64,000 bases of DNA. It comes from Candidatus Moraniibacteriota bacterium. Lineage in GTDB: Bacteria; Patescibacteriota; Minisyncoccia; Moranbacterales; GWC2-37-73. Below the pieces are notes generated by a model. It made no database searches and had not been told where the DNA came from. It worked only from the letters and a program-made list of their open reading frames with translations. The stretch spans positions 35,949-99,948 of the forward strand of contig JAAXUC010000001.1 in NCBI GenBank assembly GCA_013336225.1. The letters run 5' to 3'. The position numbers and the translations under genes are program-made. This document shows positions 1-9,557 of the stretch, piece after piece (position 1 is the first letter of the stretch; the number at the start of each line of letters is the position of its first letter).

Positions 1-432
1 GTGGCCATGCTTATTAAGACTGCCACTGACAACCGAAACAGGACTGGTAGCGAGGTGCGCAGCATTTTGACGAAAGCTGGCGGCAAGCCTGCGGCTGAAG
101 GCGGGGTTAAATTCATGTTTAAATTGGTGGGCAATATTGCCGTGGCTGTTGGCGAGCATGATCCGGCCGAAGTGGAAATGTCCATCATCGAAGCAGGCGC
201 TGAGGATATGCTTTTTGAAGGTGATACAGTCATTGTTTACACTAAAATTGAAGACTTGCAAAAAGTGAAGGAAAATCTGGATAAAGCAGGACTCACCGTG
301 GACGGCGCTGAATTGGTGTATGCAGCGGTGCGAAAAACCGAGCTGGATGGCGATTCAAGGCTTGATTATGAGAAACTTTTGGAAAAATTGGATGAGAATG
401 ACGACGTGCAGGAAATATACGACAATCTGTAA
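1..432 (+). CDS. yebC: YebC/PmpR family protein (5'-truncated by window)
   Basis: TDNRNRT motif, C-terminal LDENDDVQEIYDN; upstream of ruvC as is typical. Confidence 0.93.
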   Translation: MAMLIKTATDNRNRTGSEVRSILTKAGGKPAAEGGVKFMFKLVGNIAVAVGEHDPAEVEMSIIEAGAEDMLFEGDTVIVYTKIEDLQKVKENLDKAGLTVDGAELVYAAVRKTELDGDSRLDYEKLLEKLDENDDVQEIYDNL

Positions 433-436
433 TCTT

Positions 437-570
437 GGGGATTACGAATTGTAATTTCGAAGTATGAATTTTGAATTTCGAATGAAATCTTAATGATTTA
501 ATGTTTCAAACATTGGAAATTCAAAATTAAAAATTTATTCAAAATTCAAAATTCAAAATTAAAAATTCCC
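437..570. repeat. 7-bp-periodic inverted-repeat element
   Basis: GAATTTT-like heptamers on the left, AAAATTC heptamers on the right, GGGGATT...AATTCCCC ends. Confidence 0.8.
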
Positions 571-587
571 CTGAAACTCTGCGAGTC

Positions 588-1073
588 ATGGGCATCGATC
601 CTGGGACGGCCATTGTTGGCTGGGCTATTTTGGATGAAACGAAAGGCTGCGTGACTGCAGTGGCCTATGGGCACATCACCACTTCTCCAAAAAAAACGAC
701 TGCCGAGCGACTTTTTGAGGTGGTGAAAGATTTGGAGCAGATAATTGAAAAATATAAGCCAAATGAGGCTGCCGTGGAGGATTTGTTCTTTTTCAAGAAT
801 GTGAAAACCGTGATGAAAGTGAGCCAAGCTCGGGGGTCAATACTCTTGACATTGGAGAGATTTTGTGTTAGCATATTTGAATACACACCACTGCAAGTCA
901 AACAAGCATTGACTGGCTATGGCAGAGCTGAAAAGAAGCAGATTCAATTGATGGTAAAGAATATTTTGAAACTAAAGGAAATTCCTAAGCCTGATGACAC
1001 CGCAGATGCAATCGCAATTGCACTGTGCCATATTAATTCAAGAAAGATGACTGCAGTGAAGAAAAGTTGCTGA
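588..1073 (+). CDS. ruvC: Holliday junction resolvase RuvC
   Basis: GIDPG, VEDLFF, YTPLQVKQALTGYGRAEK and DDTADAIAIA motifs; start may be CTG at 579. Confidence 0.96.
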   Translation: MGIDPGTAIVGWAILDETKGCVTAVAYGHITTSPKKTTAERLFEVVKDLEQIIEKYKPNEAAVEDLFFFKNVKTVMKVSQARGSILLTLERFCVSIFEYTPLQVKQALTGYGRAEKKQIQLMVKNILKLKEIPKPDDTADAIAIALCHINSRKMTAVKKSC

Positions 1074-1108
1074 TAAAAAGTACAAATAGTGAGTTTTATT
1101 TTAATATT

Positions 1109-1216
1109 AATTTCGAATTTTTAATTCTGAATTTCGATTGAATTTTTAATGTTTCAAAATTGAATGTTTAAAGCATTTTGATTTGATTCAAAATTCAAAA
1201 TTGGAAATTCAAAATT
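1109..1216. repeat. 7-bp-periodic inverted-repeat element
   Basis: AATTTCG/AATTTTT heptamers, then CAAAATT heptamers; same layout as 437-570. Confidence 0.8.
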
Positions 1217-1229
1217 TTTTATTAATGCT

Positions 1230-1886
1230 ATGGAAAATATCAGTCCTATTATCGGATATTTTATTCATCAAGGAGTACCACTGGAAACCGTTGTGCTTTT
1301 GTTTATGTTGCCTATCGTGGTGACATTAATTGCTTTTTTCCGTCAGGTGATTGGAATCAAGGCTTTTGGGATTTACACTCCGGCGATTGTGACCTTTGCT
1401 TTTTTGGCAGTGCCACAACTTCGCTATGGAGTGCTCATTTTCATTGTGGTTATTTTGGTTGGAATGTTGCTGCGCTTTGCGCTGAAAGGTTTGCGCATCT
1501 TGTATTTGCCACGCGTAGCTATTACACTCAGCATTATTGCATTTTCAATCTTGATTTTGCTCAGTGCAGGTGGAGCGATGCATCGCACGGGACTGGCTGC
1601 AGTTTCAATTTTTCCAATTTTGATCATGATTACGATTGTGGAGAAATTTGTGGCAGCTCAAATTGAAAAAGGCAATAAAGCAGCAGTCATCTTGGCGGTG
1701 GAGACTTTGATAATTTCCCTTTTTGGATATTATTTAGCAAGTTGGCCACTTTTAATCAAAGGAATCGTGGCTGTGCCATGGCTGATTTTGATCACCATTC
1801 CGATAAATATCTTTTTGGGGAAATGGGATGGTTTGCGCTTAAATGAGTACATTCGTTTCAGGGAGGTTTTGAAAAATCTTAAATAA
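1230..1886 (+). CDS. 7TM membrane protein (7TM_transglut-like)
   Basis: About 7 hydrophobic helices; RQVIGIKAFGIYTP, FPILIMITIVEK and GKWDGLRLNEYIRF motifs; upstream of an ATP-grasp gene. Confidence 0.8.
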   Translation: MENISPIIGYFIHQGVPLETVVLLFMLPIVVTLIAFFRQVIGIKAFGIYTPAIVTFAFLAVPQLRYGVLIFIVVILVGMLLRFALKGLRILYLPRVAITLSIIAFSILILLSAGGAMHRTGLAAVSIFPILIMITIVEKFVAAQIEKGNKAAVILAVETLIISLFGYYLASWPLLIKGIVAVPWLILITIPINIFLGKWDGLRLNEYIRFREVLKNLK

Positions 1887-1892
1887 TAACAG

Positions 1893-2003
1893 TGTCATCC
1901 TGAACTTGTTTCAGAGCCTGTCCTGAATTTAGTTCAGGAATCTCTCGAAAGGAAACACTTTGTGTGTTGAGGCTCGGGATTCCGGATCAAGTCCGGAATG
2001 ACA
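1893..2003. repeat. REP-like palindromic element with nested hairpin
   Basis: TGTCATCCTGAACTTGTTTCAG...GGATTCCGGATCAAGTCCGGAATGACA with an internal CCTGAATTTAGTTCAGG hairpin. Confidence 0.8.
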
Positions 2004-2013
2004 AATTTTTTCT

Positions 2014-3447
2014 ATGTTGGAAATTTTTAAGAATGGTAGCAAATTGCTAGGCATGAATGCTCGCAATTTGGATTACATTCGTCCATACAATCGAAAAAAG
2101 GCAAAAAAATTGGCAGATGACAAGATTTTAAGCAAACGCATGCTTAAAAAAGGTGGAATCCCTGTGCCAAAATTGCTTGCGAAAATACGAACCGCTGAGG
2201 AATTGGAAAATTTCGATTGGTCTTCTTTGCCGAGCACATTTGCGCTTAAACCAAATCGTGGCTATGGCGGTGGCGGAATCATGGTTGTTTATGGTCGCAA
2301 AAAACTTTCACGCAAAGAAATTGCCAACACTGAGGACGGCGAAACACCTTTACCAGTCTGGGTGAAATCAGATGGCGGCAAAGTTACAGTGGAAGATTTG
2401 AAAAGTCATATTCTAAACATTCTCGATGGTGCTTTTTCACTTGCAAACATGCCTGACATTGCTTTTTTTGAAGAACGCCTGACATTGCTGAAACTTTTCA
2501 AGCCGTATGCCTACAAGGGGATTCCTGATATTCGTGTGATTGTGTTCAATCGCATTCCGGTGATGGCCATGCTTCGTTTGCCAACCAAGGAATCTGGCGG
2601 CAAAGCAAATTTGCAACAAGGTGGAATTGGAGTCGGAATTGATTTGGCAACAGGTGTGACCACCACGGCTGTTTTGGGTAAGGGGAAGATTATTGATTAT
2701 GTGCCTGGCACTCGCATGCTTCTTTCTGGAATCAGAATTCCATATTGGAAAGAAATGTTGCTGCTTGCCGTGAAAGCACAAGAAATCTCAGGAATGGGCT
2801 TTTTGGGTGCTGATGTGGCAATTGATCGTGTGCGCGGCCCGGTCTTTTTGGAAATTAATGCGCGTCCAGGACTTTCAATTCAAGTTGCAAACCTTAGTGG
2901 ACTTAAAGAAAGACTTGAGCGCATCAAAGGTCTTAAGATTAAAACAGCTGTGCGCGGCGTACGTGTGGGCAGAGATCTTTTCGGGGGTGAAATTGAGGAA
3001 GAATTGGAGGAAATTTCTGGACGAAAAGTGATTGGCACAATTGAAAAGATAAGACTTATTGGAAAAAATGGAAAATCTGTTGAACTTGAAGCAAAAATTG
3101 ATACCGGGGCTGGATTCACTTCTATCGACACTGATCTTGCTGAAAAACTTGGTTTTGAAGATACAGTGAGGGAATATCAAAAAATTGAAACCACCTATAA
3201 AGATATTAAGCATTTAAGTAAAACAGAGCGCTGGAACATTTATAAGCATATTCCAAATCTGGAAAGCACTGTGGTTGTCAATTCTGCAAGTGGAAGCACT
3301 TACCGTCCTACCATTAAAATTACTGTCATTATGGATAACGTTATCATTCCAACAAAGGTAACATTGATCAATCGTGCACACTTGAAATACCCAATAATTA
3401 TTGGGAAAAGAAATCTGAAGAAATTTTTAATTGATGTTTCAAAATAA
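2014..3447 (+). CDS. ATP-grasp alpha-L-glutamate ligase-like protein fused to a RimK-associated retropepsin-like protease domain
   Basis: LGMNARN, KPNRGYGGGGI, PDIRVIV, ANLQQGG, LEINARPGL; C-terminal AKIDTGA...YPIIIG. Confidence 0.85.
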   Translation: MLEIFKNGSKLLGMNARNLDYIRPYNRKKAKKLADDKILSKRMLKKGGIPVPKLLAKIRTAEELENFDWSSLPSTFALKPNRGYGGGGIMVVYGRKKLSRKEIANTEDGETPLPVWVKSDGGKVTVEDLKSHILNILDGAFSLANMPDIAFFEERLTLLKLFKPYAYKGIPDIRVIVFNRIPVMAMLRLPTKESGGKANLQQGGIGVGIDLATGVTTTAVLGKGKIIDYVPGTRMLLSGIRIPYWKEMLLLAVKAQEISGMGFLGADVAIDRVRGPVFLEINARPGLSIQVANLSGLKERLERIKGLKIKTAVRGVRVGRDLFGGEIEEELEEISGRKVIGTIEKIRLIGKNGKSVELEAKIDTGAGFTSIDTDLAEKLGFEDTVREYQKIETTYKDIKHLSKTERWNIYKHIPNLESTVVVNSASGSTYRPTIKITVIMDNVIIPTKVTLINRAHLKYPIIIGKRNLKKFLIDVSK

Positions 3448-3448
3448 T

Positions 3449-4399
3449 ATGAAAAATATTGTCATCATGTATGCTGGTGATGATTGGAAAAAAGAAATTC
3501 CAATCACGAATGATGGTACTAGGATTGCCATCCAGGACTGGATGATTCGAGCTGGGAAAATTAGGGTAAATCTCTACCGCGCAAGTATGAAATGGTATGA
3601 TTTAGAAAAAAATGTTTTCACAAAGGCTTGGTTTTTTAAGGATGGAATTTGGCAAAGATGCGAAAATGAGATTGAGCCAGATATGATTTATGATAAGGTT
3701 TTAAGTAAATATGATTATTCCTTACTGGATTTTAAATTAAAAATAGCTCAAAAAACACTGCTTTTCAATTCACCGCTTTTTCGTGCAACATTCAATAACA
3801 AATTATCTCAATATGTGATGTTTGGAGAATTTATGCCTTTTTCTCAAATTGCAAATAATAAAAAAGAATTCGAAAATTCAATAGCAAAAAGTGGGTCTGA
3901 AAAAATCGTAGTGAAGCCACTATATGGTTCTGGAGGTTTTGGTATTTTTATTGGTGGAAAGAAAGAAGCCTTAATGGAAGATTACAATTTTCCTGTCTTG
4001 GTGCAAGAATTTATTCTAAGCGAAAAAGGTATTCCTGGAGTTTCTAAAAATAATGAAGTTGCAGATCTCAGGTTGGTTTTTCAGGGAGGAAAGTTGGCTT
4101 ATGCACTTTCCAGAATTGCTGCTGACGGATCATTGTTTACCAATCTGCATCAAGGCGCAACAGGAAAAATGATTGCTGGTGAAGATATTCCAGAAAGCAT
4201 AACTGAAATGGCAAAAAAGATTAATAGCAAGATTTCAGTTTTTCAAAATGCTCAATATTCCTTGGATTTTATTTTTGATAATAGTGGGAGGCCATATTTT
4301 ATTGAAATGAATACGACACCAGGCATTGATTTGGTCACGCTCTTGGCTGATGAAAAAACAAAACAAGAAAATTTTGAATCCATAAGCGAACTGTTGTAA
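3449..4399 (+). CDS. ATP-grasp ligase (RimK/YheCD-like)
   Basis: VVKPLYGSGGFGI, LVQEFI, DLRLV, TNLHQG, FIEMNTTPG. Confidence 0.8.
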   Translation: MKNIVIMYAGDDWKKEIPITNDGTRIAIQDWMIRAGKIRVNLYRASMKWYDLEKNVFTKAWFFKDGIWQRCENEIEPDMIYDKVLSKYDYSLLDFKLKIAQKTLLFNSPLFRATFNNKLSQYVMFGEFMPFSQIANNKKEFENSIAKSGSEKIVVKPLYGSGGFGIFIGGKKEALMEDYNFPVLVQEFILSEKGIPGVSKNNEVADLRLVFQGGKLAYALSRIAADGSLFTNLHQGATGKMIAGEDIPESITEMAKKINSKISVFQNAQYSLDFIFDNSGRPYFIEMNTTPGIDLVTLLADEKTKQENFESISELL

Positions 4400-5433
4400 T
4401 GAAAAATGAAAATTTACGTATCGCTATTGTGGCACCACCTTTTGGCGACACTGGAGGTCCTGAGGTTGTCACGCAAAATTTGACAGATGCTTTCTTAAAT
4501 ATGGGCGTGGACGTGACATTGTTTGCGCCAGCTGATTGGAATACAAGAGCAAAACATATTCCTACATTAGGAAAAAGCATTCAGAATATGACAAAAGCTG
4601 AAAAAAGCGATATCTCAAAACTTCGAATTGAGAGTCAAATGAAAGTGGTGGAATTTGCTGAAAATTTTGATATCATTCATTTTCATAGTCAACGTGAAGC
4701 TGCTAGTGTTGCAAATAAAATAAAAAATCCTTGCGTTGTTTCATTTCACAATAGAATTTCGCAGGACGTTTTTGATGGAGCCTTGGCAGCTGGCTTGTAT
4801 ACTGTGGCACTTAGCCAAAATCAAAGAGGGAATCTTAAGACATCTGCAATTATCTACAATGGGGTTCCTATGCGGAATATAAAATATTCATTCGAAAAAG
4901 GAGAGTATCTAATGTTTGTAGGCAGATTGAATGATCAAAAAGGCATAGATACAGCAATTGAAATTGCGATAAAGGCCCATAAAAAATTGTTCATTTTTGG
5001 TAGGATTGGCAATACGTCTGAAAGAAAAAAGTTTTTTGCTGAAAAAATAGAACCATTCTTAAATGATAACATTATATATAAAGGAGAAGTTGATCATAGT
5101 GAGATATATGAGTTTTTGAGAGGTGCTGAAGCATTGCTTTTCCCAATAAGGAGACCGGAGGTTTGTCCTATGGTTGTGGCAGAAGCTTTGGCGTGCGGCA
5201 CGCCAATAATTGGAACTACTATTGGGCCATTGCCAGAACTTTTGCGCAGTAAAAAAATTGCATTTCTTTCTGATCATATAGATGAGTTGGTCGAGGCTGT
5301 TCAACACACTGATCGTTTTGATAGGACAGAATGCAGGAAATATGCTCAAGATAATTTTGATAGCATTGTTATGGCTAAAAAATATTTGGATCTTTATGAT
5401 AAAATTATAAAAAATACTAATCATACCACATAG
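4399..5433 (+). CDS. Glycosyltransferase family 4
   Basis: RIAIVAPP..GGPE, FVGRL..QKG, EALACGTPII. Confidence 0.9.
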   Translation: MKNENLRIAIVAPPFGDTGGPEVVTQNLTDAFLNMGVDVTLFAPADWNTRAKHIPTLGKSIQNMTKAEKSDISKLRIESQMKVVEFAENFDIIHFHSQREAASVANKIKNPCVVSFHNRISQDVFDGALAAGLYTVALSQNQRGNLKTSAIIYNGVPMRNIKYSFEKGEYLMFVGRLNDQKGIDTAIEIAIKAHKKLFIFGRIGNTSERKKFFAEKIEPFLNDNIIYKGEVDHSEIYEFLRGAEALLFPIRRPEVCPMVVAEALACGTPIIGTTIGPLPELLRSKKIAFLSDHIDELVEAVQHTDRFDRTECRKYAQDNFDSIVMAKKYLDLYDKIIKNTNHTT

Positions 5434-5435
5434 AT

Positions 5436-6347
5436 ATGAATAATATCGATATTTTGAGAGAAGTCGAAACTAATTACAAAGATAATTTTGAAAGGCTTGA
5501 GGATAAAAAATTTCACTTCGCAGCTAGGCTGTTTCTTTGGTTTGGCGATGAGTTTGCAAAAAATAAATTAGCAGAACTTCAAGCTGAATATATTGGGAAA
5601 AATGAGCAAGAGTACAGTGAAAAAATCACAGAAATATTGAAAGAGGATAGTAGCAATGAAGGTCTCTTATTTAAAAATGAACGTGCAAAATTCTTTAACA
5701 AATATCCGCTTTTAAAAAGATATAATAAAATCTTATTTAGAAATCTGTTTTGTCAGATAATTTATGGAATAAATTTAAAACCAGTAATAAGTAAACAGAT
5801 AAATAAAGAGGATCTAATTGATTTGAAAAATGCATTATTGCATGATAGTGAGGCTATCGCAACACTTTCAACGCATGCAATAAATTACTTTTATACTTTG
5901 GATTATTATTTAAATGAAGAGGAATCATTTCTTGATCCAGCACTGTTTTTGGATATTGTTAAAAACAAGAAAAATTCAATTTTGAAAGTATATCTCTTAA
6001 CACATTGCATAATAGGAGAGTCCGCTTTTTATTCCAGGGCTATAAAAAGAAATTTGGCAGTATATGATAAAATGTTTATTGAATTGGAAACTATCATAGC
6101 TAATGATTATGCAGAGATATCCCTTGACAATAAGGTTGAATTTTTAGTTTGTGCTAAGTTGTGTCAAAAAAAGAGCATCTTGAAAGAAAAAATATTATTG
6201 GATACTGTCTTGTCTTTTGACTCAAATAACAAGTGTTTCATTGAAAATAGCGGGAAAAAATTGAAAGACACTTTCAGAAAAGGTGAGCATAGAAATGTGC
6301 TTGCGCTCATGGCTTTTTATTCTGAAAAAACAAGTCAGGAAGCTTGA
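5436..6347 (+). CDS. DUF3541-like protein
   Basis: HFAARLF, YLLTHCIIGESAFY and GEHRNVLALM resemble DUF3541 motifs recalled from memory. Confidence 0.6.
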   Translation: MNNIDILREVETNYKDNFERLEDKKFHFAARLFLWFGDEFAKNKLAELQAEYIGKNEQEYSEKITEILKEDSSNEGLLFKNERAKFFNKYPLLKRYNKILFRNLFCQIIYGINLKPVISKQINKEDLIDLKNALLHDSEAIATLSTHAINYFYTLDYYLNEEESFLDPALFLDIVKNKKNSILKVYLLTHCIIGESAFYSRAIKRNLAVYDKMFIELETIIANDYAEISLDNKVEFLVCAKLCQKKSILKEKILLDTVLSFDSNNKCFIENSGKKLKDTFRKGEHRNVLALMAFYSEKTSQEA

Positions 6348-6463
6348 TAAAAAATTTATTTCCTGTATACTTGAGCAGCTTTGAAAAAAGCTGTTTTAAG
6401 CATATAATGTAGTTACAAATCAGTGTTGTCGTTATAAATGTTTGTTAACTAAAATTTTTCAAT

Positions 6464-8836
6464 ATGAACTCAAATTTCATTTCACAAAGATTTAAAAGTA
6501 ACTCAGGAAAAAACAAATGGAAACTTGCTTGGAAAGCACTGGCAATTCTTTTTGGAGCTGGAATTGTGACTGTCATAGGCATATTTTTGTATTTTGCTAA
6601 AGATTTGCCAAGCGCAAATTCGGTGGATGCAAAATTGGTGGTGCAATCCACAAAAATTTATGATCGCACCGGCGAGCATCTTTTGTATGATGTGCATGGA
6701 GAAGAAAAGAGAACAGTGATTCCTTTCGATCAAATCCCGGACAATGTGAAATATGCAACCATTGCACTGGAAGATCAAACTTTTTATACGCATCATGGTG
6801 TGGATCCGAAATCAATCTTGCGTAGTGCGCTTAAAGATGTGATTAAGGGAGGAGCCGCGCAAGGTGGCAGCACCATAACTCAACAATTCATCAAGCAAAC
6901 TTTGCTCAGCAATGAAAAAACCATCACCAGAAAAATTAAGGAAGTCATTTTGGCAATTGAACTTGAACAGAAATATACCAAAGACGAGATTTTAAACATG
7001 TATTTGAATCAGATTCCGTATGGTTCAAGCGCCTATGGAGTGGAAGCTGCTGCACAGACATTTTTTGGGAAAGCAGCTAGAGATTTGACGTTAGCGGAAG
7101 CAGCTTTGTTGGCATCACTTCCAAATGCCCCAACCTATTATTCTCCTTTTGGCTCTCATACCGATGCCTTGGTAGGCAGAAAAAGTTCAGCTTTGCAGAA
7201 AATGGCTGATCAAGGCTATATCACGCAAGAGCAAGCAGATGAGGCAAAGAAGGTGGACATTTTGGCGGAAATAAATCCAAAACTAGACAACATATCAGCT
7301 CCACATTTTGTGATGTATGTGAAAGATTATTTGGAGCAAAAATATGGCGAGCAATCAGTGGAACAAGGAGGATTGAAGGTGTATACAACACTTGATTGGG
7401 ACAAGCAACAAGCAGCCGAAAAAGCAGTGAGTGAGGGTGCAGAAAAAAACGTTGCCAATAAAGCTTCCAATGCAGCACTGGTGGCTTCTGACCCAAGAAC
7501 AGGACAAATTCTGGCAATGGTTGGCTCCAAAAACTATTTTGACAAATCCATTGATGGACAGGTCAATGTTGCAATCCGTGATCGCCAGCCTGGTTCATCT
7601 TTCAAGCCATATGCATATCTGACAGCTTTCACAAAAGGATACACTCCGGAAACATTGATTTATGACGTGCCGACAAATTTTTCCACGGATGGTGAAAAAG
7701 ATTACACTCCACAAAACTATGACGGGAAGTTTCATGGGCCGCTGCAAATGAAAAATACGCTACCAATGTCACTCAACATTCCCGCTGTGAAAACTTTGTA
7801 TCTGGCTGGACTCAATGATGCCACAGCGCTAGCCAAAGGTTTGGGAATAACTGGGCTCAATGATCCATCGCGCTATGGCCTGTCTTTGGTTTTGGGTGGT
7901 GGCGAAGTTAAATTGATTGATCATGTGAATGCCTATGGTGCGTTGGCCGCTGGAGGAGTTCATCGGGATATCGCAATTATCATGAAGATCGAGGATAAGG
8001 ATGGAGCTGTGATTGAAAAATATAAAGACAATCCTGGCAATCGCGTGGTGGAAGAAAAGTATGTGGCTATGCTTGACTATATTATGTCTACCAATGAATT
8101 TAGAGCTCCGGTTTTCGGTGAAAACAGCCCGTTCAAATTTGTGGATCGTCCGGTGGCTGCAAAAACTGGAACAACCAATGAATTTCGTGATGGTTGGGCT
8201 ATGGGATATACGCCTTCAATCGCAGTTGGTGTTTGGGCTGGAAACAATGACAACACTTCCATGAAAGTCGGTGCCGATGGAATCGTGGTGGCAGCTCCAA
8301 TTTGGAGAAGTTTCATGAATTTCGCTTTGGGCAACAGCGCAATTGAACAATTTCCAAAATATGAAAAAGAAGATGCTGGAAAAGATGTGTTGAATGGAAA
8401 ATCTGATTCACAGAAAAATTTGAAAGTTTGTAAAATAGAAGTTAAGAAATACAAAGATAAGATTGGAAAATATTGTTTGGCCAATGACAGTTGTCCATCT
8501 GGCAGTGATGATAAAAAAGATTTTGCAACTGCTCACACCATTTTGTATTATGTGAACAAAGATGACCCACGAGGAGAAGCTCCAGCAAATCCGGAAAAAG
8601 ATCCTCAATTCAAGAACTGGGAAAGCGGCGTGCAAGAATGGTTCAAGGGCGAAAACAAAGATGATAATGGTGCCGCCCCAACAGAGGAGTGTAAGGAGGA
8701 ATATTTTCCTAAGCCTAAGGAGAAAGATTCCTCTGAAGAAAAACAAGCAGCTCCAACTTGCTCTGACGGTAGTCAAAATGGAGATGAAACAGGGGTGGAT
8801 TGTGGTGGGTCATGCAGTGCTTGTCTTATAATTTAA
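6464..8836 (+). CDS. Class A penicillin-binding protein (PBP1A family)
   Basis: N-terminal TM helix; EDQTFYTHHG, GGSTITQQ, RKIKE; SSFK, SLN and KTG transpeptidase motifs. Confidence 0.95.
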   Translation: MNSNFISQRFKSNSGKNKWKLAWKALAILFGAGIVTVIGIFLYFAKDLPSANSVDAKLVVQSTKIYDRTGEHLLYDVHGEEKRTVIPFDQIPDNVKYATIALEDQTFYTHHGVDPKSILRSALKDVIKGGAAQGGSTITQQFIKQTLLSNEKTITRKIKEVILAIELEQKYTKDEILNMYLNQIPYGSSAYGVEAAAQTFFGKAARDLTLAEAALLASLPNAPTYYSPFGSHTDALVGRKSSALQKMADQGYITQEQADEAKKVDILAEINPKLDNISAPHFVMYVKDYLEQKYGEQSVEQGGLKVYTTLDWDKQQAAEKAVSEGAEKNVANKASNAALVASDPRTGQILAMVGSKNYFDKSIDGQVNVAIRDRQPGSSFKPYAYLTAFTKGYTPETLIYDVPTNFSTDGEKDYTPQNYDGKFHGPLQMKNTLPMSLNIPAVKTLYLAGLNDATALAKGLGITGLNDPSRYGLSLVLGGGEVKLIDHVNAYGALAAGGVHRDIAIIMKIEDKDGAVIEKYKDNPGNRVVEEKYVAMLDYIMSTNEFRAPVFGENSPFKFVDRPVAAKTGTTNEFRDGWAMGYTPSIAVGVWAGNNDNTSMKVGADGIVVAAPIWRSFMNFALGNSAIEQFPKYEKEDAGKDVLNGKSDSQKNLKVCKIEVKKYKDKIGKYCLANDSCPSGSDDKKDFATAHTILYYVNKDDPRGEAPANPEKDPQFKNWESGVQEWFKGENKDDNGAAPTEECKEEYFPKPKEKDSSEEKQAAPTCSDGSQNGDETGVDCGGSCSACLII

Positions 8837-8851
8837 AATTACTTACAAAAA

Positions 8852-9424
8852 ATGATTGCAAAATTAAATGGCACAATTGATTTTATTCGGGATAACTATG
8901 TTGTAATCAGTGTGGGAGGAGTCGGCTATAAAGTTTTCGTGACTGTGCACACCTTTGGGATGATTGCAGGCAAAAAAGAAATCGACCTTTATACGCACAC
9001 CTATGTGCGCGAAGATATCTTGGCGCTATATGGTTTTTTGGAAATGGCAGAATTGGACATGTTTGAACTTTTGATTTCAATTTCCGGCATTGGTCCCAAA
9101 GCGGCCATGGGCATTTTGGCTATTGCTGATCCGAAAACAATTTCCATGGCAGTACTCAATGAAGATCCTTCAATTTTGACCAGGGTTTCTGGTGTGGGTA
9201 AAAAAATTGCACAAAGAGTTATTTTGGAACTCAAAAATAAAATCACTGACATGCCAGTGGCTGAAAAAGCGCAACTGGAAAGTGATTCCGATGCATTTGA
9301 AGCTTTGGTGGCAATGGGATATTCAGTGTCAGAAGCGCGCGAAGCGCTCAAGCTTGTTCCAGTCAAGATCGAAGATGTGGGAGAGCGTGTGAAGATGGCG
9401 CTAAAAAGTCTTGGACGAAAATAA
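8852..9424 (+). CDS. ruvA: Holliday junction branch migration protein RuvA
   Basis: VGGVGY, VRED..LYGF, ISGIGPK, GVGKK..RVILELK. Confidence 0.97.
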   Translation: MIAKLNGTIDFIRDNYVVISVGGVGYKVFVTVHTFGMIAGKKEIDLYTHTYVREDILALYGFLEMAELDMFELLISISGIGPKAAMGILAIADPKTISMAVLNEDPSILTRVSGVGKKIAQRVILELKNKITDMPVAEKAQLESDSDAFEALVAMGYSVSEAREALKLVPVKIEDVGERVKMALKSLGRK

Positions 9425-9557
9425 AACAAAATTATATTTTCTAAATGGCATGCATTTCAAACTCTGTGGTATAATGTTAATACTTGAACAAAATAAAAAT
9501 TAAAAAATAAACTAAAAAATTGTTTCGCGGATAATTTTAAAGGTTTATTATTCAGTC

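Noticed and set aside
437..570. Possible CRISPR array
   Set aside because: Repeats are contiguous 7-mers without unique spacers, and there are no cas genes in the window.
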